Positions 38,401-50,724 of a stretch of DNA of 64,000 nt are shown in pieces. The translations under genes and the position numbers were made by a program. How positions within the stretch are numbered: position 1 is the first letter of the stretch; every line of letters starts with the position of its first letter. The DNA comes from Paragordius varius (lineage: Eukaryota > Animalia > Nematomorpha). The notes beneath the pieces were generated by a model. The model was not told the origin of the DNA, did not search any database, and saw only the letters and a program-made list of their open reading frames with translations. The DNA lies in contig OZ176054.1 in the NCBI GenBank assembly GCA_964247055.1, positions 9,672,001 to 9,736,000 on the forward strand, given 5' to 3'.

Positions 38401-39959
38401 TTAATAAAATTCATTTTTTATCTAAAATAATTATTAGTTTAATGAAATCATTAAGAGACTGTATTAATAGAATTAATTTGGTTAATGTAAAATTTGCAAA
38501 TAATAACTTGGTATTGATTGTCTTGATCTAATTATATATTATGATAAAGCATTCGATGTTGTAAAATGAATAATTTGTTTTCTAATTGTTATGCATAAAT
38601 CTTTGATATAAGTAGGGTTAATATACATATGCTATGAAAGTTATAATATTTTTGTTAATATAGTTTTTTTATTCTAAAAGCTAATTATTTAACTCAAATG
38701 GTGCATATACCAGATGCAGTGATAATTTTTTACCTGTTTTGGTAAACATGTAATTTTCAAAGAAAAGTAATTAATTGAAAAAAATACATCGAGTCTCTCA
38801 GGTGTATGAATGCCATGCAAAAAACTGAATGTAATATACGAAAAACATTCATCAAGCTATTTTTCAACGTCTTCAAAATAATTAAAAAGCTGCTATGCGG
38901 CCCCATTGACGCGAAATTTGAATATTCCGATTGCCCCAGAAGAGGAGAGTTCAGTGGAGACGGAAAAATTTCCAATCGAAGCACTTTCAAGATGTCTTTC
39001 ACTGATTTTGCTGTGTAAAGCGGAACATCATCATGTACAATACTTGGTGGTTTCCAGTTGATGATAAATAAAATTGATTCTTTTTTAGGGATAATGTTTG
39101 GTGTATCGGTGTCACCAGGTTTAATTTCAGAATACAAAATATAGCTCTGGTCTCACCTGGTACAGAGCACGGTTGTCTTGCAAAGGTGATTTGGCAATGG
39201 AGTGATGAATTGGGTTGAAGAGGCGAAAGCTCCAATTGTTTCGCTTTGCCATTACAAAATAAAGTCATTTCTCTGATCCATTCAAATTTAATACAAAATA
39301 ATTTTTTTTCATGCATTGAAGTTGGGTTTCACACAAGTTATTTGACGATTTAAATTTGACATTGCATTTGATATCATTTTTGCTCGTAAACTATTATCGT
39401 TTTTTGTGACCATATAATTTGCCAATTTTTGTGAGGTTTGGGTGTCAATTAGAGGATGTGTGGTTTCCCAGAGCGCCCATTTTACATATCATAACTTATA
39501 ATATTTCGAACCATTCCCATGTGTTAATTGATACAGCATGTAATGTTTCTGATAACTTTCTAATTGTAATATCAATTCATGTCACAAATGCTCTTTTCGA
39601 AATTTGACGTAACTAGTCAATGATAAAATAAAACTCTAATTTTCGGTGAATCAATTTGTGTGTGTTGGTCGTAATGTCAAATTCAAAAGGGGTCTGTAAT
39701 AAATTAATCGTGAGCCTACTTTTGCTTTAGTTTCTCTTTTAATCGAGGACTTATAACTACACCTGATATTACGTTTAAAATAAAGTTATATTTTTATAAT
39801 TTTTACCCCAATTTACTGGCGGGTTTATTAAAACATCATCAATGTCAGTATTGAGGGCTGCGAGTACCTGCCAACCAGGATTTTCATCTATTAATGCTTG
39901 GAAATTTTCTATAAACATCCCTAAATTTTCTTCATTTTCAAGTTCGACATTCTCAATTT
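24258..39959 (-). CDS. Uncharacterised micro-exon gene: at least 25 symmetric phase-1 exons, about 380 aa; ends not located
   Basis: Exons, all AG/GT bounded, multiples of 3 and stop-free: 39959-39807, 37293-37267, 37241-37218, 37191-37168, 36780-36760, 36681-36595, 36564-36490, 36235-36188, 36131-36078, 35312-35265, 34963-34916, 34845-34813, 34448-34416, 34396-34358, 34317-34273, 28508-28446, 28384-28370, 28075-28067, 28023-27985, 27959-27915, 27573-27541, 26404-26393, 24481-24434, 24403-24380, 24350-24258. No homolog recognised; membership of all clusters in one transcript is inferred. Confidence 0.7.
24493..26376. mobile_element. 1.9-kb foldback element (Tc1/mariner-type ends)
   Basis: TA|CAGTCATGTAGAC...GTCTACATGACTG|TA. 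The arms are reverse complements almost to a centre near 25320-25370 and carry tandem aaaaccgcaatttttacctg subrepeats. No ORF. Confidence 0.92.
26917..27490. mobile_element. MITE family A copy (another starts at ~28895)
   Basis: Arms ttcgattcaaattggg...atacccc and ggggtat...ccccaaattgaatcgaa are inverted; homologous to 1741-1825. Confidence 0.65.
29496..29904. mobile_element. MITE family C (TA|CCATTTGCAC termini); second copy at 41461-42034
   Basis: Inverted ends gagtgtc...aacacttcaa...gtccttgaac / gttcaaggac...gacactct are shared by both copies. Confidence 0.8.
29950..33450 (+). pseudogene. RTE-clade LINE relic (AP endonuclease plus RT), interrupted by a DNA element
   Basis: Endonuclease motifs YAPQ.GLS..QKDKFY, FGNFNGHVG and LAITNTFFTNRDSHLIT (30072-30389), RT remnants, and the C-terminal CGVTRKD and FGHVERR motifs on either side of the 32154-33354 insertion. 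Confidence 0.85.
32154..33354. mobile_element. 1.2-kb palindromic non-autonomous DNA transposon, CMC (CACTA/Chapaev)-like
   Basis: Termini CACTGTGTGCAAAA...TTTTGCACACTGTG, 3-bp TSD ATG (32151-32153 and 33355-33357), long inverted arms. Confidence 0.8.
34813..36235 (-). repeat. Tandem amplification of a ~330-350-bp three-exon cassette
   Basis: Blocks tgtatccacagatttttctgc (34938, 35288, 35608), gttgacccatttt (35092, 35453, 35767) and gcggtatttcc/ctgtatttcc (34812, 35171, 35529, 35841) recur in order. Confidence 0.85.
38757..39775 (-). pseudogene. Intronless, frameshifted relic resembling a baculovirus-F/errantivirus env ectodomain
   Basis: Fragments in order: VISPRLKEKLK, LLQTPFEFD, YMLYQL, then FEWIREMTLFCNGKAKQLELSPLQPNSSLH, followed by a hydrophobic tail. 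The assignment is from remembered motif patterns only. Confidence 0.35.
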
Positions 39960-41039
39960 CTAAACATTAATATAGTATGAATAAAATATGAATAAAACCT
40001 ATTTTTTTAAGAATTTTAGCTTTTTAATATTTAAGAAATAAAATGACGTTTTCATTGTCTTTTAAAGTCAATTTATAATCAAACGGTAAGAAAATCACAG
40101 TATTAATAATCAATGAACAGAAACTGAAAAATTATAAACATGTTTTGGCCTCTAGTCCAAGAAATGTTACACATTTTCCTATCATAACAATTCTGGTTTC
40201 TAAAAATTGTCAAAAAGCTATCTGGTTTACAGTTTTTTCTCAAATAATATTGTTGTCACTGTTTGTGTTATTAGATAGCTTAAATATTTAGAATTATTTT
40301 GAATATATAAGTTAATTATTATTATTGAATAAGTCAGCTTAAATTGAATGAATTTATTAGGTAAATGTTCCACTATAATCTTTGTCGAACGTATATTTAT
40401 GGTAAAAATCTAAAAAATTATACTTCCAATATTTAGATATTGTAAACATTGAAAAAGATTCCTCATTTTATTTTATCGCGTAACATTTGTTAATAATAAT
40501 TTTAAAAATAATAAAGATACAGTTATTTTGAAATTATTGCATTACATAATTAGTTGTTTATTCATAATTCGTTAATTTTTAATTTATCGCGTAAATAATA
40601 TAATATATGGTTGATAATAATAATACAAAAGATTATTTAATTGGTAAATAAATGTTTTACCCAACTGATTAATAGCTTCTTCGGGATCCGGAGGATTAAA
40701 AAAATCATCTAAAATTTTTATGAACACATAAAATTATCATTATAATTAATTTAATACCTAGAGCTTATCAAAAAAAATATTAACTAAAATTTTGAGCCAA
40801 ATTTAAAAATATAAAAAATAAATTATATAATCATTTTGTGAATTCGGCCAATATTTTTCTGAATTAAATGCCTATCTAATCATGTTGACAAATTAATTTA
40901 ATTATGAGCATAAAGATATAAAGTTACATTACAGAAAATACTTGTTATATTAAACACTGTTTGTTTCAGTTATTCGATGATTCTTATTTAGATTTATGCA
41001 AGTATAAAACTGAAAAAAATAGGATTACATTGCCAGTTT

Positions 41040-42150
41040 TCAGTAGTGCCTAGCATAATCATTAAAAGTTATTGGTTTAAAGATATTTTCTCTTTTTTCA
41101 GCAAATTTTTTTTGATATGCTATATTTATATGGTATTTTATAATAAATTGTATTTATTTATGCTCTTATTTGATAATTATACTATAGTTAAATATTAAAG
41201 CTCTAGAACAAAGCACCAAATATTATGATAAATTTTTGTATGTAATGAAGTGTTAAATGATGGTTCAAAAATAACTTACCCATATCTAAAATTTTTACAC
41301 AGTTCAAATAGAGGCGTATATGTGATAATACAGTCACTCGAAAAAAAATTTCTAATAAATATATATAATTTCTGGATAAATGTATCAGGATTCTTATGGT
41401 TATTTGGTTTTGGGGGTGAAGAGCCATTATAACTATCAAAAAAAATTTCAAACCAAAATATCATTTGCACTTATAGAGTGTCCTGGAACACTTCAAATTA
41501 GTCCTTGAACATTTCAAGTGGTCCTTGAACACTTTAGTTGCCCTTTAACTTTTTTGTTTGGTTTTTAACTTTTGTCAATCAAATCGTATATCATTCATCT
41601 ATTTTATGGTTTTTAACGTATTTTCTATTATTTAACATAAATTTTAAATTAATATCAACTGTGACTCACTGACAAACCGTATATCTTTTTAATTTCTTAA
41701 AATTATTTTGGATATTTATAAAATTTTAACACGTAATAAAAAAATATATAAGTTTTCTGGTTCATTATTTACATTTTTTATTGAAAACATATAAAAGTTA
41801 ATAATTTTGTTAAATTGGAAAAAATTAGTTTGAAATAAAAAGGTGCTTTTTGAATAAAATTTTTTATTTTTAAATGAATAAATATATAATAAATAAAGTA
41901 AATTAGGTTAAATAATAAAATAAAACTATACATCCAAAAATTATCGTTAAATCAAAATTTTAAAATTTTAAGGACCAACTTAAAGTGTTCAAGGACCATT
42001 AAAGTGTTCAAGGACATTCTTAAAGGGCAAATGGTTTATATACAAAATCAATAGAATCTAATACAAATTTTTTTTAGAGGTTGGCTCTAAAAGTTACAAA
42101 CTTTGTACCTTTAAAAAGAGACAAGTCTTTAATATAAGGACGAGATAGCG
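41040..42150 (-). CDS. Candidate 3' exons of another unknown gene (42150-42109, 42086-42065, 41432-41280; possible terminal exons to ~41040)
   Basis: Phase-compatible chain LSRPYIKDLSLFK|EPTSKKN|FYNGSSPPKPNNHKNPDTFIQKLYIFIRNFFSSDCIITYTPLFELCKNFRYG, with a 22-nt intron (42108-42087) and a GTAAGT donor at 41279. Confidence 0.5.
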
Positions 42151-43498
42151 CTAAAAGAATTTATATATTTTATGATGTAAATAAATTATTGTTAAAGAAA
42201 GTTCTCATAAATTCTACTTGAAATTAGTCAAAGATTATTTTATGGTATAGCAGGATAATTGAAAAATTTATTTTAATAATATCTTATGTAAACAGTTTTA
42301 CATATTTGAATCCACAATAACCCTTTAAAAATTCACTCTATAAATATCTCAACAAAGTAGGTTTTAATATAATTTTACGTCATATAATAGCGTATATCGT
42401 GCAATAGCGGCATTTTTGGATTGAAAACTAGTCCTTAAAGGGGTCCAAAAATTTAGATTCTGAGCGCGCCAATAAAATTTAATATATTATATTAAAATAT
42501 ATTGGTGATGTCTTAAGACACTACCTAAATCATTTGCGAATAGATATGGAATAAATAATAAAGTTGTAATAACTTTCTGAAATGATTCGGAAAGAAGTTA
42601 GAATCTTGATACATTTTTCTATTATACATATATAATTAATTGACATTTGACTGAGTGATTGGTGATTAACCTAGAGGCCAATAATTACAACAGCCAGAAA
42701 TGTTAATTTAATTGAAAATAATTATTTGATAATTTAAATCCTTAGATCGTATTAATACAAATTAATTCTATTAGAGAGTGAAAAAAATTTCTGATAAAAA
42801 ATATATGTTCTGATAGGAAATGCATTAGGATTATATGATGTGGTTTTGTCCCTTACGAGTAATAAAAGTTATTAAAGCTTTTTAAATAAGTGCTCCATAT
42901 CAGGAAACGGCAAAATTGCGCACATTTTTAGATAAATTTTTTGGTGAAAGCTGGATGCTTTATTCCAGAAAATATCGGTAACATATATCAAAATTTTCAT
43001 ATAAATAACAAAAATATATATTTAAAAATTTTTAATTTTATGTGGGTCTGAAACCCGAATTTTGACTTAAATGGGCTAGTTCTCTTAACTAGTGCACGTA
43101 TTCCATGATGAAAATTCTAATTATGCGCTAAATTTTGGTATCAACTAAAAAGATAAAAAATGCATATATTTTCAAAAAATTAAATTTTTAGCGAAATTTT
43201 GTTGAAGCGTACTTTATATACTTTTTTACTTGTTGAAAATGGTATACGCTTTAATATATGCCTCAAATAGTAGGTACACTTCAATGAAATTTCGCTAATA
43301 TTAAGTTTTTAAAAAAGTATGCATTTTTAAAAAAATATTTTTATTTGATATCAAAATTTAGCACATAATATGTTTATGCCATCTCGGCATTGCGTTTATG
43401 AAAGGTGGTCCATTTGAGATTAGAAAAAAATTGGGATTTAAGAGAACACATCTAAAAAATTTATAGAATTTTTTTTTGCTTTTTATATAGTTTATGAC

Positions 43499-46102
43499 TA
43501 AGGTGACCAGACGTGCCGCTTTTTCACACTTTGTCCCGCGTCCCGCTACGTTTTTGAAATGTTCCCGCTTTTTCACGATTATATAAAAATTTATTTATTT
43601 TTTCCGGTTAAATTTTTTATCGTTGGTTATCTTTAAAATCCATATCAATTTTAAATTAATTTTTTTTATTATTAAATTAAAAATATTTATTTTTTTCGAC
43701 GAATCGGTAGCTAATATGATTTACTCCAGAAAATTAAGGTAATAAAATAATTTATACTAATATTTTAGTAATATACCTAACATTATCAAAAAGACAAATT
43801 AATACCACAAATCGGTAGCTTATACGTTTAATTTAGAAAATTGGTAATATATACCATTTTACATGCAAAAACATCATTTTTTTAACCAAACGCACCATTT
43901 TTTCAAGCAAACGCAACATTTTTTCAAGCAAAGACACCATATTTTCAAGCATACGCAACATTTTTTCAACCAAAGACAACATTTTTTCAAGAAAAAACAA
44001 CAATTTTTTGAAAATTACAAAGAATTTTTTTTATTTTATGACAATTTAATTATAAATTATTTATTTAATTTTTAAGTTAATGTTATTAAATTTTAGCGTT
44101 GAATTATGATTTCATTGTTTTATCATTAATATTTGATGGTAAATTGATTGATTTTCAAACATTTTAATTTTTCCCATTAATTGCCTTATTTATCATGTAA
44201 TTTATCTATTATTTTTAAAAAAATGATGTTTTTGAATGAAAAATGGTATAGTATTTTTTTCTAAAATTAGTTTAAAAATATGAGTACAAAAAGAGGTTGT
44301 AAATTCACGATGAATTAATGAAAGAATTTCCTTTTATCAAAACCAAGAATGAATCATTTGTTAAATGTTCTTTATGCGAGGGGTAATTCACCCTAGCACA
44401 TGGCGGCAAGCATGATATCACAAAGCATATACAAACACAGAAACATAAAAAATGTTTAGATATGGCGGCATCATCTTACAAAATGAGCGATTTCTAAAAA
44501 CCACTTTTGGAGAGGAAGAAAAGAATTTGGCACTAGCCGAAGGCGTTTTATCTTTTCACGCCGTTAATCACAATCATTCCTTTAGATTGGATTGTACCTC
44601 ACAGGTTTTTCGTACCTAATTTAATAAAAATTTACATGTGCCCGACAAAGGTTGAAGCTATTGTATGCTATGTCCTTTCGCCGCATGCATTTTCTGATAT
44701 ATAAAAAGATTTGCTAAAAATGAATTTTTAAATTTCAAATTTATTACCGGGTAAAAATTCCGACATAATTTTTACTTCAATAATGAATATTCTAGAAAAA
44801 ATTTAAAAGACAAAATCATCGCATATTGCACTGACAACACCATCACAAACTTCGGTGGAAAAGCAAGGAGGGGGACAAAAAATATTTTTCATAATTAGCA
44901 GATAATCTAAATTATAACATTATTGGCGTTGGGTGGGCACCGCATATGATACGTTCAAACAGTTGCTGATTCGTTACCCATAGATGTGGAAAATGTAGTT
45001 GTTAAAATATATTCCTATTTTTATATATACATGGTACGCGTTGAAACGCTTAAGAAATTCTGTAAAAAGGCAGAAGTTCAATATCAAAAAATGCTTGGAA
45101 ATCGTAAAACTGGTTCGCTCTTCTGCCAGCTATCGAAGGAATTTTAAAGATGTATGATCCTTCAATATCCTATTTTTATCACAGGACAAATGTCCTACAA
45201 TTTTGGAAAAGTTTTTTGAAAGTGATTCTTTAAAAATATGGTTAGAGTATCTACATAATCAGGCTTTTCTCTTTTAAAATGTTATTAAATTGATAGAAGG
45301 TAACAAAATTTCGGCAATCGAAGTAGCCAATGATAGTAACCTAAAATTCGAATGTCAAGAAAGGTTAGAAAATAATTTTATACCATTAACCATCCGCAAT
45401 ATTATAAATAATTTAGAAAAACAAGGCTTAATAAATCGTCAAGATATCCTGTACCCTATAAATTTTTTTTATACAAAATGTAAAGATTATTTGGAAGACT
45501 GGACGGTGCTATTCGATGAAATAGATCATTTTCATCGGATAACAATAACAAAATATAATTGGTGCGATGTTCAAAAAACATTTGATCACATCTGCATCTC
45601 CCAAAAATTCCCACAAAGTAATCTTTCAGAAAATGATCTTTTTTCTGAAATATCATTGAAAAAATATATTAATAATGAAAAACTTAAATTATGTACAACA
45701 GAAAACAGTAGAAAAGAAATGGTTAGAAATATTTCATTATTTTGAAACAAACTATGTTTGATACAATATTTAATATTTTAAAAATTGTGGAATTCGCACT
45801 ATCTTTACCTGGAACCAATGTTGCCATTGATCGCGTTTTTTCCATAGTAAATCAGGTGTCATCGGAAAAATCAAATTTAAATGTTAAAACTTTAGGCCAT
45901 TTTATCTAATCTGCTAAACGCATTCCCTCAAATAAAATATATACCAAAGAATAAAGTATTTTTTTTTATTTATATGTATTTGTGTTAAAAATAAATAAAT
46001 ATTCTGATAAATTTATTGTAAAAATTCTTTGGTTGTACCCCCCATGCTCCCCCCTTTCTCAGATTTTTCCCGCTTTTTCCTTTAAAAAATCTGGTCACCC
46101 TA
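43499..46102 (+). mobile_element. hAT (Blackjack-type) DNA transposon with a decayed transposase
   Basis: TIRs TAAGGTGACCAGA / TCTGGTCACCCTA and a perfect 8-bp TSD TTTATGAC (43491-43498, 46103-46110). Transposase relic at ~44280-45900 with CSLC..F...HGG..DI.KH...KH zinc finger; stops and frameshifts. Confidence 0.92.
43854..44246. mobile_element. MITE family D (TA|CCATTTT termini, ~21-bp internal tandem repeats) inside the hAT; a larger copy at 46114-47746
   Basis: Inverted termini with TA flanks and caacattttttcaa subrepeats. The 46114 copy hosts an RTE fragment and a family B MITE. Confidence 0.7.
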
Positions 46103-46430
46103 TTTATGACATACCATTTTTCAATTTAAAACATCATTTTTCAACCAAAAACAACATTTTTCAACCAAAAACAACATTTTTTCAAACAAATGCAACATTT
46201 TTTCAACGCAACATTTAATCATCCAAAAGCAAATTTTATTTACCGGAAACAACATTTTTTTTAACAAAAGCAACACTTTTAAATAAATGCAAATTTTTTG
46301 ACAATCTATTATTAAGTATTCATTTAAAGTTAATGATTAGTTAAATTTTAGCGTTGAATAATGATTAATTAATTATTTGATGAATGGATTTTCATATTTG
46401 CCAATAATTAATTATATAATATAATTATAT

Positions 46431-47160
46431 TGAATGAATGAATGAATGAATGACACCGTAGTATATTTAACTTTTGCTGGACTTCATGGATATATTTTCT
46501 GTAGGCTGATCCGTCTGAGGATTAATTGATCAGAGTGGATATTGTAAGGTGGATGTCATCTGTTAATTGTTTTGACCATCCTTTTCCGGGTCTCTCTCTT
46601 TTACTTATACCTTCTATCAGTCCCAGCATGATTGTTTTCTCCAATTTGTTGTTGCGGATGACGTGGCCAAATTGGCCTAATCTCCGTTCTGTTATCATTT
46701 GAAGTAATGTAGTCTTAGGGTTGATTGTATTGCGTATCCATTCATTAATGAGTTTGTCCGTACATTTTTTACCAAGTAGCATTCTCCAGGTTTGCTCAAA
46801 AGCTTGTATTTGGTCGGAGTTTTTATAAACCCAGCTTTCACAGCTGTAGGTTGCGATTGGGAATGATTTGCTAATAAAAATTTTATTTTGGTAGTGCTTA
46901 TTTTTCGATGAAATATATGCGTAATGATTTCATTTTAGCCCTGGCTATGGCTAGTCTTCTTTTAATTTCAGGTGTTGTATTATTTTTTTTATTAATTTCG
47001 ACTCCTAAATATATATAGTTGTCTAGTGTTTCTATACAGTGTTCGCCCATTTTGATAAAGCATGTGGCGTCTTGATATGACTTTGGCTTTTACCAAGTTA
47101 ATTTCGAGGCCATGCGATTGGCTTTCAAGATGTGTGTATTTATTATATTCAACTTTATTT
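46431..47160 (-). pseudogene. 5'-truncated RTE LINE fragment with a (TCAT)n tail
   Basis: RRLGQFGHVIRNNKLEKTIMLGLIEG..KRERPGKGW is the typical RTE C-terminus; tgaatgaatgaatg microsatellite at 46431-46452. Confidence 0.85.
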
Positions 47161-50100
47161 TCAAAACATTTAAAATATATTTCAAATATTTAATATGTTT
47201 ATAACAAAAACATAACGAGGTTAATTTTTTTATATATTATACCATTTACATTTCAAATTAACCCTTCAACTATTCAAAATGACCCTTGAAGAATTCAAAT
47301 TCACCCTAAAAATAATTGTGTGTTTTTTAAGATTAAAAATTACCCATCTGTTTAAAATTAATATAATGCTGAAAAAATAATAAACTATGTCGTAAAAATC
47401 ATATTAATGATGAGTTATAATACCCCGAAAACACATAATTTGTGATTTAGGGTGAATGAAATATCTTAAGGGTGAATTTTTGTAAATGGTATAATATAAT
47501 AGATTTTAATATAATTAGGTTATCAAATATAAAATATTCAATATTGATAATATAATAAATCATAAATCAACGCTAAAAATCAACTAATCATTATTTATTT
47601 AAATTAAAACTTAATAAAAAATTATCATAAAATAAAACATATTTTTGTTTAATTTTAATAAAAATTGTTTCTTTGTTTGAAAAAATGTTGTACTTGCTTA
47701 ATAAATGTTGCGTTTGGTTTAAAAAATATTTTTGATTGAAAAATGGTATATTGTAGTGTATTTTTTCGAAGGAAGCAATTAGCCTGCACTAAAAAAATTG
47801 ATCTAATAAAATGTACGCAAATTTTGCAATTTTTATATGGAGCGTTAACCCCAAAAGTATAATTAACTTCTTACTCGTAAGGGCCTAAAAGCTTATGATA
47901 TTCTCGATACATATTCCTATCAGAAAATATTTTCATCACGGTATTTTTATTCACCCCGATTTCGGACTCAGTGTTATTTAAAACATGCAGTGAAAGAAAA
48001 TTAAATTCTTTACAATTAAATATTAAATAAAAATACTTTCACGCGATGGAGCTTTGAACAAATCTATTCATATAATAAAATAAAAATTTTCTATAATAGA
48101 ATCTCAAAAATGGAATGACGGTAGTGGATTGAGGTCTTCGATTTAAAAATCATAGGGTGAAGGAAATGATTTTGTTAGCATATGCAAATTTTTCAGAATA
48201 CATATTTTTGATAGATTTATAATTATCATGGTGCTTTTGACCTTTATGAGTGTCTTAAGGTTCATTTACACTTTTGCGGTAACTGCTTCATATCAAAAGA
48301 TGGCAAAATTTGAGCATATGTTGTCATATAAAAATTTTTTGGTGAAAGATGGTTGGTTTATATCATAAAATATCACTAAAATAAATCATAAACTATATTT
48401 ATAAAAGCTAACAAGATTTTAAAATTAATTTTACGTTGGCTCTAGAGTCCCTGTTGATTCTTTTGCCCTTTTAAAATGGGTAAGCTCTCTTAAATCATAA
48501 AACTGCCGAGGTTGCGCAATAAAAATATTAGAAATATGATAAAAAGTTTTCCGAAAAATAGATATTTTGCTAAAAAATTTAGTTATAGCAAAATTTTGGT
48601 GATGCGAGTTTTATCGTATTTTGAAGCATGGTAGAAACGGTATAATAACACTTAAATATATTATTAAAAATTAACTATAATTCGATGCTGAATATTGAAT
48701 TTTAAAAAAGTTCGTTCTTATTTAAATTCTTGTTGAAAAAAGGTGTTTTTCGACAGTTAGCTAACGAATCCTTAAATTTAATTCTGAGGTAATAGAGGTT
48801 TAGTGTCATAGAATTATATGATAAAAGTGTTTTCATAATAGCTTAAATGTTTTCATACTGTTTCCGTCATGCCTCAACATATGATTATATACGTTTCAAC
48901 AAAAATTTATTATAAATCAAATTTTTTTTTCGAAACGTTTTTTAGATTTATAAATTTAACATTAATATTTTTATCGCCCAATCTCGGTGTTTATTATAAA
49001 AAAATTTGCCGATTATAGAAGGGCATAAAATTTTGGGACTTTGGAGCCCACAGAAAAAATATAAATATAAAAAATATTGTTTTGCTTTTTTATGTAGTTT
49101 ATGATTTGGTGAAATTGTAGCATTTATATTTAAACAAAAATATTTTTAATATAGATTTTGCCATTCCCTGAAATAAAGCAATTATCACAAAAGTGCAAAA
49201 TAAATTTCTTAAATTTGTCCTGTACCAAATGCGCCATGATAATCCTCATATATAATCCTATAAGAATTTATGTTTCATTAGAATATTTTTTACTCCTTGG
49301 ACGTAATGTATATTAAATTGAGAATTCACTACTAGTAAAAATATGTAATACTAGTAAAATGTCTCTTACTACCTTATTGTCTATTTGACTTAAAATTATA
49401 TCTATATAAGCTGAAAAAAATATAATTATACGTAGAAAACGGAAAAACTAAAAGGCAAATATTCTTTTCAAAAAGACAGCTACACTTTTTAAGTATGACC
49501 TAACTTTGGTTGTATGGAACGAATGGAATCACAATCAAATTCTCATATTTTTTCTCGAACCGATACAACTATATTTGCACCCATTTTTTAATAATTTATA
49601 AAACGGAACTGGAAACGAATTTATCACATTTTTTAGTATTATAATTTTGTTTTTTTTTAAAAATGAATTCAATTATTTTAGCCAAAATGCATAAAAATTA
49701 AGATTATATTGTAATCTTTGTCAAACGTAAAAATAAAATAAAAATATAAACTAAAATTTAAATTATAAAGTAAAAATATTTAATGAGATATGAAACTAAA
49801 AAAACATGTGTGTCTTATCCTATTTGAAATATTTTCCATACTTTAATCAAAACTTTAGTAAAAAAACTTTTAGAAGATTATAAAATTACGCCATTTTTAC
49901 CGATGTTTTTAGGAGACATCATGATATATATAATTTACATCCTAAATCCTTATACAATTCAATTTACCCTTGAACAATACTAATTCACTTTCAATATAAA
50001 TTTTCTGTTAGGGCGAATATAACTCATTATTAAAATGAATTATTTCTTTTTCGCATAGTTTATTTTTCAGCTTTATGTTAATTTTAAAAATTTCATTTAA

Positions 50101-50323
50101 AAATATGATATAGATAATTTTTAATACTTAAAACCACATAATATTTTTTGGATGATCGTTCGATTTTTAATTATGATTTTTGTATTGATCGAGGGTGAAT
50201 TTGAATAAGGATGAATTTGAGGTGTAAATGAATGAAAAGTTAGTTTCAATAAGACTCGTACAAAATATATGATATACATAATTTAAAATACTATATTATA
50301 AACTTTTACCAGTTTTATCAGCT

Positions 50324-50327
<4 letters not shown>

Positions 50328-50362
<35 letters not shown>
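50328..50362. repeat. (TA)n microsatellite (others at ~19610-19635, 25900-25921, 26440-26470)
   Basis: Direct reading. Confidence 0.9.
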
Positions 50363-50366
<4 letters not shown>

Positions 50367-50415
50367 ATATATATTTAACATCATTAGATTAGTATAATCA
50401 GCATAAAATATTTAC

Positions 50416-50724
50416 CTCGTTTTCTCCGATATTTAATCTTGGTTTGCATATTAACCCGAAAAATTCTATTTGATTCGTTTTTAGTTTTAGTTCCAATCAA
50501 ATACATTGAGTTATTCTGATAAACAGGTGTTATAACAAGCCCGGCATGTATTTTATTGATTTTGTCATATTCTAAATATTTTTGAGCAATATAATGTTCT
50601 GTAATAATTATCAGTATGTTTTAAAGAAATAGGATGAAAATACTTGGATCATATATTTTTACGATATAATATTTCCGATTTTTGTTTTTCATCTGAAACG
50701 AAATCATAGGAGCTGTTATATTTT
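50416..50724 (-). CDS. Two candidate exons (50724-50644, 50598-50416) of an unknown gene
   Basis: AG/GT bounded, phase 1-1, 81 and 183 nt, with a 45-nt intron: NITAPMISFQMKNKNRKLYIVKIYDP|KHYIAQKYLEYDKINKIHAGLVITPVYQNNSMYLIGTKTKNESNRIFRVNMQTKIKYRRKR. Confidence 0.55.

Noticed and set aside
38757-39316. FN3 interpretation of LQPNSSLH and INWKPPS
   Set aside because: The two frames cannot be joined by any plausible intron (it would need 5 nt), and the region is an intronless frameshifted relic.
40000-40470. Possible 5' exons and ATG of the micro-exon gene
   Set aside because: The models need 14-16-nt introns or weak sites; too speculative to list.
43863-44075. ORF with QKHHFFNQTHHFFKQ repeats
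   Set aside because: Translation of the ~21-bp tandem subrepeats of a MITE.
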